Assembly: GCF_006345805.1 (NCBI RefSeq)
Contig: NW_021834238.1
Span: 7,126 to 71,125 of the forward strand
Source of the DNA: Octopus sinensis
Lineage: Eukaryota
DNA: 64,000 nucleotides
Reading direction: 5' to 3'
Position 1 is the stretch's first letter. Every line of letters begins with the position of its first letter. Both the position numbers and the translations under genes were made by a program. Positions 39,806-53,380 of the stretch are shown here, piece by piece. The notes beneath the pieces are model-generated. The model was not told where the DNA came from, ran no database searches, and worked only from the letters and a program-made list of their open reading frames with translations.

Positions 39806-39854
39806 GAAAAAAATCTTATTATTATCATTACTGGCTTGTGCCAAAATTTGAAAT

Positions 39855-39919
39855 CACCATCATCATCATCATTACAATAGTCGTCATCATCATCATCATT
39901 ATCATCATTAACATCATCA

Positions 39920-40010
<91 letters not shown>

Positions 40011-40045
40011 TATTGTTATTATTATTATTGCTATTATTATTATAA
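39855..40045. repeat. (ATC/ATT)n microsatellite
   Basis: Directly visible. Confidence 0.95.
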
Positions 40046-40048
40046 TTT

Positions 40049-40212
40049 CTGGTAGAATCCTAAGCAGTCATTACGTTTTGAGTTCAAATTTCGCCGAGGT
40101 CAACTTTGCCTTTCATCCTTTCTGGGAGGATAAAATTAAATACCAGTTCAGTACTCGGCTCGATGTAATTGACTCTCCCCCTTCCCCAAAATTTCTGTCC
40201 ATAGCAGAAAGG

Positions 40213-40262
<50 letters not shown>

Positions 40263-40272
40263 CATTATTAAA
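40049..40272 (+). mobile_element. SINE family A (tail type ii) ending in an (ATT)n tail
   Basis: gagttcaaatttcgccgaggtcaactttgcctttcatcc body, ccccttccccaaaatttc tail, then (ATT)n from about 40214. Confidence 0.85.
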
Positions 40273-42886
40273 TAGTTTTCTTTTTATAAAATGCTTGCAT
40301 TGCACGACCGAGTTCAGCTCGATGTGCCTTGGGTATGTGCTGTGGTTTGTTAATAGGCTCTTATATTCCCTGCATTGAAAGTGTTTTACGTAGGATGTGC
40401 GCGCTGCCCAGGAGTGCTATTTTCTGAATGTTATATATACTTGTTAGTCTTGATGGTTCCATTATGTATTTGTCTGAATGTTTTTTATCATACGTAATGC
40501 ACCTACTATGATAGGAATTGTTTCTGTTTTTAGACGCCACATTCGAGTTACCTCTATTTCCAGATATTTGCCGTTTCTTTTACAGAAACATTGCTAATGT
40601 CGGTATTGATATATCCATTAGAAAGCAAATTTATTTTCTCTTGGAGATCTCTGACAACTATATCCGGCTTGTAGGCGTTAATTTTTCTATCTGTGTGTAT
40701 TGGCATATCCCAGCCTATGGTTGCTTTCTCATTTTGTGAGCTTTTCTGGTATGTGCCTATACGATCTTTTTTCAATTGATATTCCATAGTAACGGCAGAG
40801 CTTCCAGTTGTATTTGGAATTCACTTAGATACTCCTTTGCCTGTTTTGTTACAGAGTATATATGATGCTTTCTTGTTCTCGTGCTTGAAGACAAGTTTTA
40901 ACATCCAGTCATCAGTTTTTCAGGTAGGTGTTTAGGTCAATAATTGCACTATTCATTGTTAATTCCAGTTGTAAAAGTCCACGGCCACCCTATTATGTAG
41001 CCTGTTTTATATCTGCCTCAGGGTGGTGCATTCTATGCATTGTCAACAGTTTTCGTATTTTTCTATCAAGATTACATATTTCAGTAATTGACTAGTTAAT
41101 GATATTGGATCTGTAAGTCACAGCCGGTACAGCTGAAATATTGATCGCTTCGATTCTGTTTCTTGCATTCAGCTCTGTGATAACATTCTCTTCTGATCCC
41201 TTTCCTCATCATTGAATGTCTGATTCCACCACCTTCAAATACTCCTACGTATTTGTAGCCCTCCGCTGGTTCTAACTTATTTATGGCATTCGTCTGGACA
41301 AGATTAACGTTGGGTATTTCTCTCATATTTTTTTTGATAAATGTAGCTTTTGCACATTTATCAAGACAAGATTGCATCCTGGTGTCATCACTGAACTGTT
41401 TAACAATTGCTAGTAAGCCCTGTAGTTGCTGGTAATTTTTTGCAAAAAGCTTTAAAACATCCATGTAAAAGAGATGATTTATATTTTTATCGAATATTTT
41501 ATAGCCATATTGTACATCATCGAGCAATTTCGAAAGAGGTATTAAGGCTGGACAAAAGAGGAGTGGTGATAGAAAGTGACCCTGGAAAATGTCACATGAA
41601 ATTCTTACATCTCCAGCATTGAGAGATTCGTTGTCACTGTTCAAAATCAGTATGATTCTTGACCATCTCATACTTACAGACAAGAGGTTTCGCACAGTAG
41701 GCGCTATTTTATACATTTCTAGACATTTCTTAATCCACCAATATGGTAGACTATCAAAATCTTTTTATAGTCTACAGATAAGTTTTTTTTTTGTCGTTTC
41801 TGACGATCTCCCAAGATCATCTAATGGATGAGTAGTTAATATTTGCAACCATAGGACACACCTTTATATCCTTCTTGCTCATTAGGGAATATACCACTTT
41901 CTGTTAAAATCTATAGGTATATTCAGTCAAGACAGGTGGTTGTGTTTTATACATTGTCGTTAAGCAAATTATGGGTCTATAATTTTTTGGTTCATCTGTT
42001 TCTTCATTTTTTGGAAATAGGGATGTAACACCATTAACTAGCCAAGAGGGAATTATAATAGTCTGTTGCAAAACATTGTTGTAAAGGTCTGTTAGCAGTT
42101 CATGGCTCTCTGGAAAAATCGTTGAAATCTTTGCGGATACATAGTACAGGTGATTGAGACCTGTAATATCAACATCATTATCTGAAATTATATCCTTAAG
42201 TGCAAGGCGAATTTTACTAATCACTTTCAGGTTTTGGTTAGAGTTGTGAATTCCTGGGAGAGCGGCACATTCACCCAAACTGGTTTCTTTAATTTTCAGC
42301 CAAACAATCATGATTTGACTTTTTAGATCAGTGTTCAGTTGGGTCAATTTCCGTGTGACTTTCTTCATCTATTTTAACTTCAGCTGCCTTGATGTCTATG
42401 GTTGCTTCAGAGAGTATTTCACTTTGCTTATAATTTCCATTGACTCTTTCTATCATTACCGCGTTTTCATCAGACCTGGTTTGATCTATAATTATTTCCT
42501 CAGTAGTATCTTCTTTAGCTGCAATTTCGTTCCCTTTATTCCTTATTGATTATTTAATTTGGTCAATCTCTAATTCAGCTAGTAATTTCTTTTTTATGAT
42601 GTTTCTTCTGACATTGGCAAGTTTGTTGCTGTCTATATAGGATATTACTTCAAGGTGTTTCTGTCTCCAGTTTAGGTAGGTTTGTTCAGTATTAGATTTA
42701 TTTGTGGCGAAATACATGGTTTGATAGACTGCCTTAAGAATTTCTTTATTATCCCCCCTTGACCATCTTTCATTCTTTTTGTTTCGGATATTTGATGACA
42801 AGCGCGGATGGGGGTATTTCGGTTGCGTTTGTATTTGGCTTTGTCATCATTGAAGCATGACGTGCCTGGGCGTTGACATTAGGGGA
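40271..42886 (-). mobile_element. R4/Dong-clade non-LTR retrotransposon (RT plus restriction-like endonuclease), decayed and internally deleted
   Basis: Minus-strand N-terminus ERWSRGDNKEILKAVY..LANVRRNI; PKNYRPIICLTTMYK; KDFDSLPYWWI; IFQGHFLSPLLFC; NHLFYMDVLKLFAK (YMDD site mutated); YKYVGV; RLE motif KPDIVVRD; C-terminus IQKIALLGSAHILRKTLS; 3' end abuts (TAA)n. Confidence 0.9.
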
Positions 42887-43591
42887 CTACTACTACTACT
42901 ACTAATGCTACTACTAATGCTACTGCTACTACTATTTGGTCACAGGCCAACTCTCATCGAGAAGAATTATAATCAAATTCATTCCTGTTGTGACCCATAC
43001 CGACTCTTTTTAAGGGTTTATTGTACTCCTTTACCTAATATGTGCTTTGTCGATAACAATTTCGTATGATTCAAGGAATTTTGGGTTGATGCAGCTAGAA
43101 TATCCCATGACAAGGAAGTAGTTCTCTTATTTTCACAATGTACCAAATGGGTTACTGTAGTTGTTTTGCTCCGAGATCATCTCAGATTAGGCAAACACAA
43201 AATCAAATACATTCTATGCATTAACATCCAATCTGTTAATACACCGAGGTATATAATTCAATGTAGAGTTCATTATCATACGTCTAAAGCCATTCAATAT
43301 GATTCAGTGAACCCGGAACAAGCGTATATTACAGATTGGTAAAATTACGAAAAACTGGAACCGAAACATCTTTAAACTATACGCAATTACATTAATAATG
43401 GTTACACGCACGCACTCACACGCACACACACACACGAAGAGATGGTGTTGTGGATTTCCACCTCGGCATCCGAAACTCAGAGTTCTATCTTGCCTATTGA
43501 ATAATTGTCACATATTATTTTTACAGATAAATTACCTCTATTTACATAATATTGAGGTCTCTTTCTTTCTTTTGTTATCTTACCGTTTTTA

Positions 43592-43633
<42 letters not shown>

Positions 43634-44113
43634 GAAAGAGAGAGAGAGAGATTTATAGCGAGAGAGATAAATAGATATCTTTGCGCATATATAATATATA
43701 TATGCGTTAGAGTTAGGGTTAGGGTTAATATATATATATATTCATTGAAAACTTTTTCACCGTTCTTGGTTTTGTTAATGGCTAGGCTAGTATTCAGGCT
43801 AGTATGCTGGCATTGGTGTAGCAACATTTGAAATATTGCCGAGGTAAATCTAGCTGAAGAAGACTAATCAAGTTCACGATAACAAACGTATTAGAAGAGT
43901 CCAAAACTTAAGTACTAGATTATTCGATTCTCGGCTGCACATTTATCTAATGTTCTTCCTCGACGTAAGACGAAAATTCTTATGTTCGCTGCTCTCACAC
44001 GCCTTTACCAGTATATACACAGCGAAGATTTACCATAGCGTCGTACATTTATCGACTGCTATTTGCAGTAAACATTGGTGCCTTGTTGTACCACTACTCT
44101 CTCTCTCTCTGTA

Positions 44114-44150
<37 letters not shown>

Positions 44151-44254
44151 ACTGATAGACAGACATACATATACATATATTATACACGCGCAATGATATC
44201 TATTTATCTCTCTCGCTATCTCTTTTTATATTCCTCTATCATTCTGGCTCTCTC

Positions 44255-44302
<48 letters not shown>

Positions 44303-44771
44303 CATACAATTTATTCATAGATACTTGCATACATACATCCGTCCATCCATCCATACATACATAAATACATACATACATACATACATACATACATACATAC
44401 ATACATACATACATACATACATGCATGCATACATACTCTATTCTGTAGTTATCAGATCATTAGATTTGGTTAGCGAGTGTTTGTCTTCCCACTCTGGTTC
44501 TACCGAATCGGAATGAGAAATAACTGAAGCGTTGTCTTCTGTTATGCCGCGAGGAGTTTACACTATTTTTTCTCTATGTTTTCTGTATCTGAATGATTCT
44601 TGTTACCTACAAGTCTCTGTAACAAATTTCTGTACCCAGATATTTTAACCCCTATTTTTATTGCCACTTCAGTTGGAAGGAAAATTTTACAAAACATTAC
44701 TAAATCCTGCGCTGCGCGTGTATACAAAGCTAGCCCTCTCCATGTATGGCTTGTTAATATATCTCATTATT

Positions 44772-45410
44772 ACGGTGGCGAGTTGGCAGAATGGTTAGCA
44801 CATTGGACGAAGTACCTAGCGATATTTCGTCGGTCTTTACATTCTGAGTTCAAAGCTCGCCACGGTTAACTTTGTTTTTCCTGGTCGATAAAACATGTAC
44901 CTATTTCTTTATTACCCACAAGAGACTAAACACAGATGGGACAAACTAGGAGTGACATAGGCGTTAAGTCGATTACATCGACCCCAGTATGTAACTGGTA
45001 CTTAATTTATCGACCCCCGAAAGGATAAAAGGCAAAGTCGACCTCGGCGGAATTTGAACTCACAACGTAACGACAGACGAAATACCTGTTTCTTTATTAC
45101 CTATATAGAGAGGACAAACAAGGACAGGCAAACGGATTAAGTCGATTACATCGATTCCAGTGCGTAACTGGTACTTAATTTATCGACCCCGAAAGGATGA
45201 AAGGCAAAGTCTAGCTCGGCTGAATTTGAACTCAGAACGTAACGGCGAAAGAAATACGGCTACGCATTTCGTCCGACGTGCTAACGTTTCTGCCAGTTCG
45301 TCGCCTTAAAACAAGTGGTGGATAAAACATGTACCATTTAAACACTGGAGTCGCTGTCGTCGACTTTCTCCTCCCTCAAAATTGCTGGCCTTGTGTCAAA
45401 ATTTGGAATC
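44772..45410 (+). mobile_element. Old SINE family A copy split by a nested minus-strand SINE-A dimer (44902-45307)
   Basis: 15-bp TSD GATAAAACATGTACC at 44887-44901 and 45321-45335; dimer junction gaaatacctgtttc at 45079-45092. Confidence 0.85.
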
Positions 45411-45426
45411 AGTATATATCCCGATT

Positions 45427-45638
45427 AAGACAACGAGTTGGGCCAATCGTTAGTACGCCGGGCAAAATCCTAAGTGGTATTTACGTTTTTACGTTCTGAG
45501 TTCAAACCGCTGAAGTCGGCTTTGCTTTTCATTTTTCCAGATCGATAAATTAAGTACCAGCTGAGCACTGGAGTCGATGTAATCAACTAAGTTTCTCCTC
45601 CATAATTGCTGGCTTTATACCAAAATTTGAGATCACAA
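45427..45638 (+). mobile_element. SINE family A, tail type ii
   Basis: Head, tctgagttcaaa B-box, gataaattaagtaccagctgagcactgg body and tail. Confidence 0.8.
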
Positions 45639-46190
45639 TAAATAATGCCCCCTAAAACTGTTTTAGGTGCCAGTGTAATAACCACGTGAATGTTGTCTCT
45701 GAAAAATCCAGAATGTTACAGCGTGAGTTGAAGATAGATGAAGAAACAACTTGCTGGCATTTATTATAACGGAGTAGATATAAGACACGTGAAATTAAGT
45801 AACTTCCCACAGAACACAACGGAGCACCCGGTTCAGGAACTGAATCCACAATTAACATCTTGAACACTAGGTAATGTGCCTTCATTAAATGAATATACAT
45901 TTACGTAAGCCGATCGCTCACAATGGATCATAGGCCATATACGTCTTTTCACTACTGCTCTCGACTCTGAGTGTCATTGCTACCTCTCTCCAATTAGATA
46001 ACTGCTTCCTAGCCCTACCTTAGTATCTCTCTTTCATCTACATTCGGGTTGCCCTATCTTCCGCCTCCATTTTACTAATATATTTCTGTTATCATATATT
46101 TCTTTCAATAACATTGGCGTTTTCCTTAAGATAGTGGTATGAGATGTCCACAAGCCCAATTTCTCATGTAGCAAAAGGTCTTCAGTGATA

Positions 46191-46408
46191 GCCGGCGAGC
46201 TTGCAGAATAGTCATTGCACCCGGCAAAATGTTAACGACGTGACATCCCTCTTCGCCCTCTGAGTTCAAATTCCGCCAAGGTTGGTTTTTGCCTTTTATC
46301 TTTTCGGAGACGATAAAATAAGTACCAATTGAGCACCGACTTGAGGTAATCGACTTACCAACTACCCATGAAATTTCTGGCCTTCTGCCAACATTTTAGA
46401 TCAATATT
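46191..46408 (+). mobile_element. SINE family A, tail type ii
   Basis: gccggcgagcttgcagaat head, tgagttcaaattccgcc B-box, gataaaataagtacc body. Confidence 0.8.
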
Positions 46409-47052
46409 AGCCTGTCTTTTTTGTTGTGCCGTATAGAGAAGCCCTACGAGGAATTTCGGCTCGGCTGGCGTCACTATCAGAAGCAAAAATGCTGCCACAA
46501 GAAGAGCAAGATATTGTGCAGACATATAGAGTGCTTCTATATGTCTATGTGTGTGTGTGTATCTACTTATTCAGAATGTGTATATACAAACGTTTGTTTG
46601 TACATGTGTATGCTTATATATATAACTGTGTTGTGTATGACTGTACAGCTATATGCTTATATATAACTATACAGTCATATATAAACAAGTACATGACATT
46701 TGCACATATATATGTGCGTGTGTGTGTGTGTGTGTGTATGTGTGTGTGTGTGTGTGAGTATGTATATAGATGTTTGAATGCATGCATGCATGTACCCGAT
46801 TAGAATACTGACGGATAAACACCAAAGTCTATGTCTCATCGCACTGTCCTTGATTAATATATTGATAACGATACATCTTACACCTGGCATACATACAGAA
46901 GCCCGAAGGTGTCGCGCCCTTGACAGGGGCCTGCGAAATTTGAGGTAGCACTGAAAAGAATCAAACAATATTAAGTAATACATGTAACACCTATTAGATG
47001 TGTTGGGTGTCCTTTTCTTTTGTTTCTCCACTCACTCGTGTAAATATATATA

Positions 47053-47254
47053 CGAGGGGTACTAAAACGTTCCTAGCTTTAAGGGTATCGAGAAAAGCAT
47101 GATTGGAGGACCAAGGTTCCGTGTTCTTTTACAGGGCTTAGCAAAACTGAAGGACTACTACAAAAAGTGTGAATCTGACAGAGGAATATGCTGAATACAA
47201 TCATAATTAACTAATCCTCTAGTATCTACTTTTACATTAAGCCAGGTAGTCTCG
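47053..47254. mobile_element. Mariner-derived MITE retaining the transposase C-terminal segment
   Basis: TA|CGAGGGGTACTAAAACGTTCCTAGC left end and gccaggtagtctcg right end; the interior ttcttttacagggcttagcaaaactgaaggactactacaaaaagtgtg...gaatatgctgaata resembles mariner FF..G..KL..R..KC..GEYVE (with a frameshift). Confidence 0.75.
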
Positions 47255-47501
47255 TGTGTGTGTATATATAATGTATTCTATCGACCATCGCAGGTGTTAC
47301 GTTCGAAAACCTTCTACAGAAGTAATTATAATCTAAAACAATGTAAATACCTAACGGCCGCAGAAACCCTGCCATTTACTGAGGAGTCCGCGATAGGTAA
47401 ACAGCGATATGGTGAGGGATTCCTGTGTATACATATATGTACGTGTCTGTTGGTGTATGCATACACACACACACACACACCACACACACACACACACACA
47501 C

Positions 47502-47538
<37 letters not shown>

Positions 47539-48038
47539 GCAAATAAATCTCCGCGTATGTTTACGTCATACGAATTTACAAACATCGAGGGATTTGAAAT
47601 GATTCATTTCTAACGAGAGAACTGGAAATAGATATACCTATAAATAATAACGTGTAAATAATGGTTTTAAAATCCCCGGATTAGGAAAAGTTCAAGTCTG
47701 CCAGTGGGATACGAACTAACATCGTCTGTAAACATGACCCATCTAAAGGCGTTTAAAATGACGTAAAAATTTCGAGGGATTGCATTGGTACAATGGTGGA
47801 ACTATTAACACATTTAGAGAGGATATGCGACCGAGTCGAACGAGCAGCGTTTCAATTCTCAGGGACCTCGTCAAGTGACGTGAGCACCTATTATGAAACA
47901 CAGATAAGGGGTCGAAAATCTAGTAAGGCTGTACATAATTCTTTGCAATCTACTGAGAAATATGTAAACACACATTTTCTCTATGTAGGCCAACATTGTA
48001 GTTTTACACTCACACACACACACACACACACACGCACG

Positions 48039-48080
<42 letters not shown>

Positions 48081-48284
48081 TATACACACAAAAATACATA
48101 CATACAAATAATTTCTATCTATCTATCTATCTATCTATCTATGTCTGTCTGTCTGTCTGTCTGTGTGTCCCTCTGACTGTATGAAATTAATGATTTTGCT
48201 CCAAAATCTAAGATAATAGTTGATCTCAGAATCGAAACCACCACCTTAGAACATACCACATACTTTCACTTACTATTAATGGTT

Positions 48285-48445
48285 TCAAATTCTGGTGCAA
48301 ACCAGCACTTTTGGAATGAAGGAGATAAGTCGATTACATCAACCTCACTGATCATATTGACCCCGACTGTTACTTATTTCAGCAACCCCTAAAGGCTGAA
48401 AGGCAATGTCAAACCCGGTGGCATTTGAACTCAGAACGGCAAGCT
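48285..48445 (-). mobile_element. SINE family A, decayed
   Basis: Reverse complement gttctgagttcaaatgccaccgggtttgacattgcctttcagccttt. Confidence 0.7.
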
Positions 48446-49009
48446 AACGATCGTACCCGCACGTCGGCTTTCTTCAATTATTACTTATACAAGTCTAGAT
48501 TATTCTAGATTAACTTGTCTAGGGTGGGCGTTAGGTAACAAACTACGCTGAGAATACGGGGCAATAGTTTGAGAAATCTAAAATTAATAGCGTTTCGCTT
48601 ACATCCTGAAATACATGTAGTGAAATAGTAGTTCACTGGTTAATAAGGATTTTAATTCTATTTCACTGATAACTTTGAAAAAAATTTATAAATTATTATC
48701 CATCAACGCGTGAGGGCTCCCTCAGTGCGAACTGACAAGAGTATTGAAATATATTACGACGAAGTATGCCTGAGTGTGCCAGAATACTAAACAGGACATA
48801 TGCATAATGTTTTCCCCTCACTTCAAATACACATAGATAAGCATAGGAATATATATATATATGGCCCACCCCACTCACATTGGCATACACACAGACACAT
48901 GCACAAACATACACACATACACACAGACACAAAAACAAACACAAACACATACCGACATGCACAAAGGCACATACAAACATAAATATGCATAAATATGCAC
49001 ATGCGCAAA

Positions 49010-49600
<591 letters not shown>

Positions 49601-49741
49601 GAGTTAAGTACTGTGTCTATCAAATCCATGCAGTGCATATACATACAACAGTCGTATCTGAGTTATTTCTCTTGCATGAACTGCATTCATATGTGTATAT
49701 ATAAATGAGAGTATGCAGATATATGTGTAGGTATAGGTATA

Positions 49742-50612
49742 CGTGGTTTGATCAATAAGTATCCGGACTGAAGCCACAGTAACGAAGCTAAAGTACGCTG
49801 AGTAAAGCCGCTTGGAATAGATTGACCTTGTTTCAACGTTCTAGCTCACTATTCCTGTTTACAGCAGTGCTCAGAAGGAACATGTGTAGCGTATGATCGT
49901 CGCATTTATTATGACAGGGAAATTTGAGTAGATATTCTGCATCAAATTTTTCCAAAAGCTTGGTGGAACTTGCTCAGAGGCCTAGGCAAAGTTTTCAAAA
50001 AGTTTTCATCGTTCTTGACACAATCAAGAAGATCTTGTGCAACTGAAATCCGGATGTCTTTTTTCTTTTTGTCAGCTGAAAGTAGCTTGGGCACAAACTT
50101 AGCATACACGCGTCTCATACCCAAATCTTCAGTGACGATGGACGGAACTGAACCGTAACTCCATATCCTCTGATAACTTACGGATGGGGATTCTATGATT
50201 TCCCCCAACATATTCACTCACATCTACGATAATTTTCTCAGTTGTACTCGCTGCGGGTTTTCCAAAACGTTCGTCGATATTGACATATTTTCGGCCATCT
50301 TGGAAGCGTCTGAACCACTCGTAGTTTTGTGCGCGGCTCATACACACCTCTCCATACATTTTCTGCAAATTTGTGTAGGCCTCTGAGCGGGTATCTCCAT
50401 GACAACTTCCTCTGTTATGGTCAATGCGACGATCACACGCTACACCCCTTCCTTCAAAGCACTGTGGTAAACAGCGGAAGTAAGCTAAAACATTAAAACT
50501 TAGTGAGCATGCACAGCCTTGTTCAATATCAATCTCTGTCAAGCATCGTTACCCTGTGTGCTTTAGCTTCGTTATTATGGTAACAGTCCGGTTACTTATT
50601 GATCAGCCCTCG
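49742..50612. mobile_element. Non-autonomous mariner built from two inward-facing 5' ends
   Basis: TA-flanked TIRs (cgtggtttgatcaataagtatccggactg / cagtccggttacttattgatcagccctcg); plus arm encodes MTGKFE*IFCIKFFQKLGGTCSE; minus arm encodes SEAYTNLQKMYGEVCMSRAQNYEWFRRFQDG..AKFVPKLLS..NDENFLKTL. Confidence 0.85.
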
Positions 50613-50666
50613 TACATACTTATACAAATGTATATAGATTTTTCTACATGAATGTTTGTGTGTGTG

Positions 50667-50727
<61 letters not shown>

Positions 50728-51922
50728 GGAGAAGCACAGAGAGGTACAGATAATGTAGTAATTTTAGTACATATATATCCCGTAATATAAAATTACGTAA
50801 TTCATTGTACTATATGTATTGACTTAGTACTCTGATTTTTCTCTTGCAAAAACTACCAGCCATTAGATATGTGGTTATATTTCATAGCAATGTATATGTT
50901 TAAAAGTTTTATAAGGTATATATTTACATCCAGATTAGCATAAAAATGGCGCTCAGGGATATCATTACAGGGGTATTGTCTTATATATGTATTGTATATT
51001 GTATGTGTGTGTGTTCATTCTGTGAATGGGCACGCACACACATATAGATACACATACATACACACATAGACGCACAAACGCACGATTACATATATATATA
51101 TATGCATATATATATATATATATACATACATTTATATATGTATATATGTATATATGTATATATATATGTACTTATATATACATTTATATATAAATGTATA
51201 TATATATATATATTTATATATAATATACATTTATATTTATATATTTTTATACATATACATACATATGTGAATATGTATATATATGTAGATAGTTAGATAC
51301 AGACATACATTCAGACTTACTTACATGCAAACATACATACATACATACATACATACATAAACACATACAGAAAAAATACATATATACGTGTGTGTGTATA
51401 TATATATATATAAGCATTCGAGCTGCGCGGGCTATACCAAGCTGGCTTGGTGCCTAAATTTAAGTACCTAATTCATCTGAATCTTAATTTTTGTGTATGT
51501 GCTGTGTGTGTGTGTGTGTGTGTAATTGTGTTTCAGCTTGTGTATGTAGAGATGCATGTATAGATTTTTTACGTGATCATTTGGCCAGCAACATGCACGT
51601 ATTTGTTCATGACGACGTATTGCTCATAAATCAAGCGATTGTAGAAACTTCTTTCGCGGAACTGATATTCATATATATACGAACATACATAATTGTTACT
51701 AACGAACACTTATATGCGAGTAGGGGTTAATGTGTACCGAGAGCCTAAGGGTGAGATAGTAAGAATGAGGTATATGTGTATGTATGTATATATTTATGTA
51801 TGTATGCACGTATATATGTATACACACCCACATCCACGTAGATGTACATATACATAGAGGAAGAGAATCGCAATACATAAATACAAGTATATACATACAG
51901 AAATACACACACATATACATGC

Positions 51923-51958
<36 letters not shown>

Positions 51959-52011
51959 GTGTGTGTCTGTGTGTGTTTGTGTGTGTGTATGTGTATGTAT
52001 GTATATATATT

Positions 52012-52068
<57 letters not shown>

Positions 52069-52798
52069 TATACATTTACATGTGTGTATAGATAGATAGA
52101 TAGATAGATATAGATATAGATATATATAGATAGATAGATAGATATAGATATAGATATAGATATATATATATAGATAGGCGCAATATATATATATATACAT
52201 ACATGGATAAATATACACTCGCGCACACATATATCTACATACACACACATACACATAAAATGTACGTAAAAGGGGTTTTATAGGCAATATATCCGCATAA
52301 TTTGCAATTGTAGACGTTTCCAGAAATAGGTTTGTGCGTGCGGACATGTTTGCAATAATATATTTGCTCTGGTTGCCACTGTTAAACTTACACTCAACAG
52401 CAGAGCGTAATGAAATTTAACAAAACTTTCAGTCGTTCAGCTCATTCTTAAATGCCCCTCTCCCATCACACTCATACACGAACACTTTTACCCAACTCGC
52501 CTTTTTGCATCACAAAATTCTGTTTGTTTTCGATGTTTTTTTTCTCACCATTCTTATTCTCTTCGTTTAATGATTCTTCCACCTAACTTTCTTCGTTTCA
52601 CAATTTTATTCCTTTCCCACCATTTTTGTTCGTTTGTTTTATATATATATATATATATATAATATATATATATATATATAATATATATATATATATATAC
52701 ATACATATACATATATATATATACATATACATACATATACATATATATATACATATATATATACACATATATATATACATATACATATATATATACAC

Positions 52799-52852
<54 letters not shown>

Positions 52853-53089
52853 ATGTATATATATATGTATGTATGTATATTCCTTTTTATTTAAACAGAC
52901 TAGAAAATGCTTGCTTTATACGTATACCTATATATCGCGTAGCAATAAGTGTGAAGACGTTGTTATGGAAACTATGTTGAGGCGGTATTATTCTTTGGAG
53001 AAGATGTAGAGAAGGAGAGATAAATTAAATTCGTCTAGAAGAAAAGTAAATACAAGATACCGAGCAAAACAATAATTTTTTAAATGTTA

Positions 53090-53380
53090 CAGTCGGCGTC
53101 AAGTCCTGAATTTTAGTTACAAATGGCGGAATGTCTGTGTGTACACACGGTTTTGTTGTATATAAGCAAACTACATACTTCCTTTTCTTGCACATGGAAA
53201 AAGAGGTCAGGTGAGTTTCGCGTGTTTGTGAGTGACGTCTAGTAAATGTATGAAATGTCTGACCTATCAGTCCGTGCGGCCATCCGCCTCGGGGCCAACG
53301 TAAAAAGGACATCCGGTCGTGTCGTAATGTAGCCGGCATCGTCACAGCTCGTCAGCTCTGCGACTTATAGCGTTCATTAC
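53090..53380 (+). promoter_or_regulatory. Candidate promoter or first-exon region
   Basis: YY1-like AAATGGCGG (53121-53129), TATATAAG (53159-53166), consensus donor CAG|GTGAGT at 53211, CpG-dense sequence downstream. No homology evidence. Confidence 0.3.

Noticed and set aside
42790-42886. HDV-like ribozyme at the 5' end of the R4/Dong element
   Set aside because: Expected from related clades, but I could not build the nested pseudoknot by eye; it needs a covariance-model search.
43707-43727. Interstitial telomeric repeat (TTAGAG TTAGGG TTAGGG)
   Set aside because: Only two perfect units; compatible with chance or microsatellite drift.
43845-43890. CTGAAGAAGACTAATCAAGT as a hammerhead
   Set aside because: GAAA and stem I complementarity are absent.
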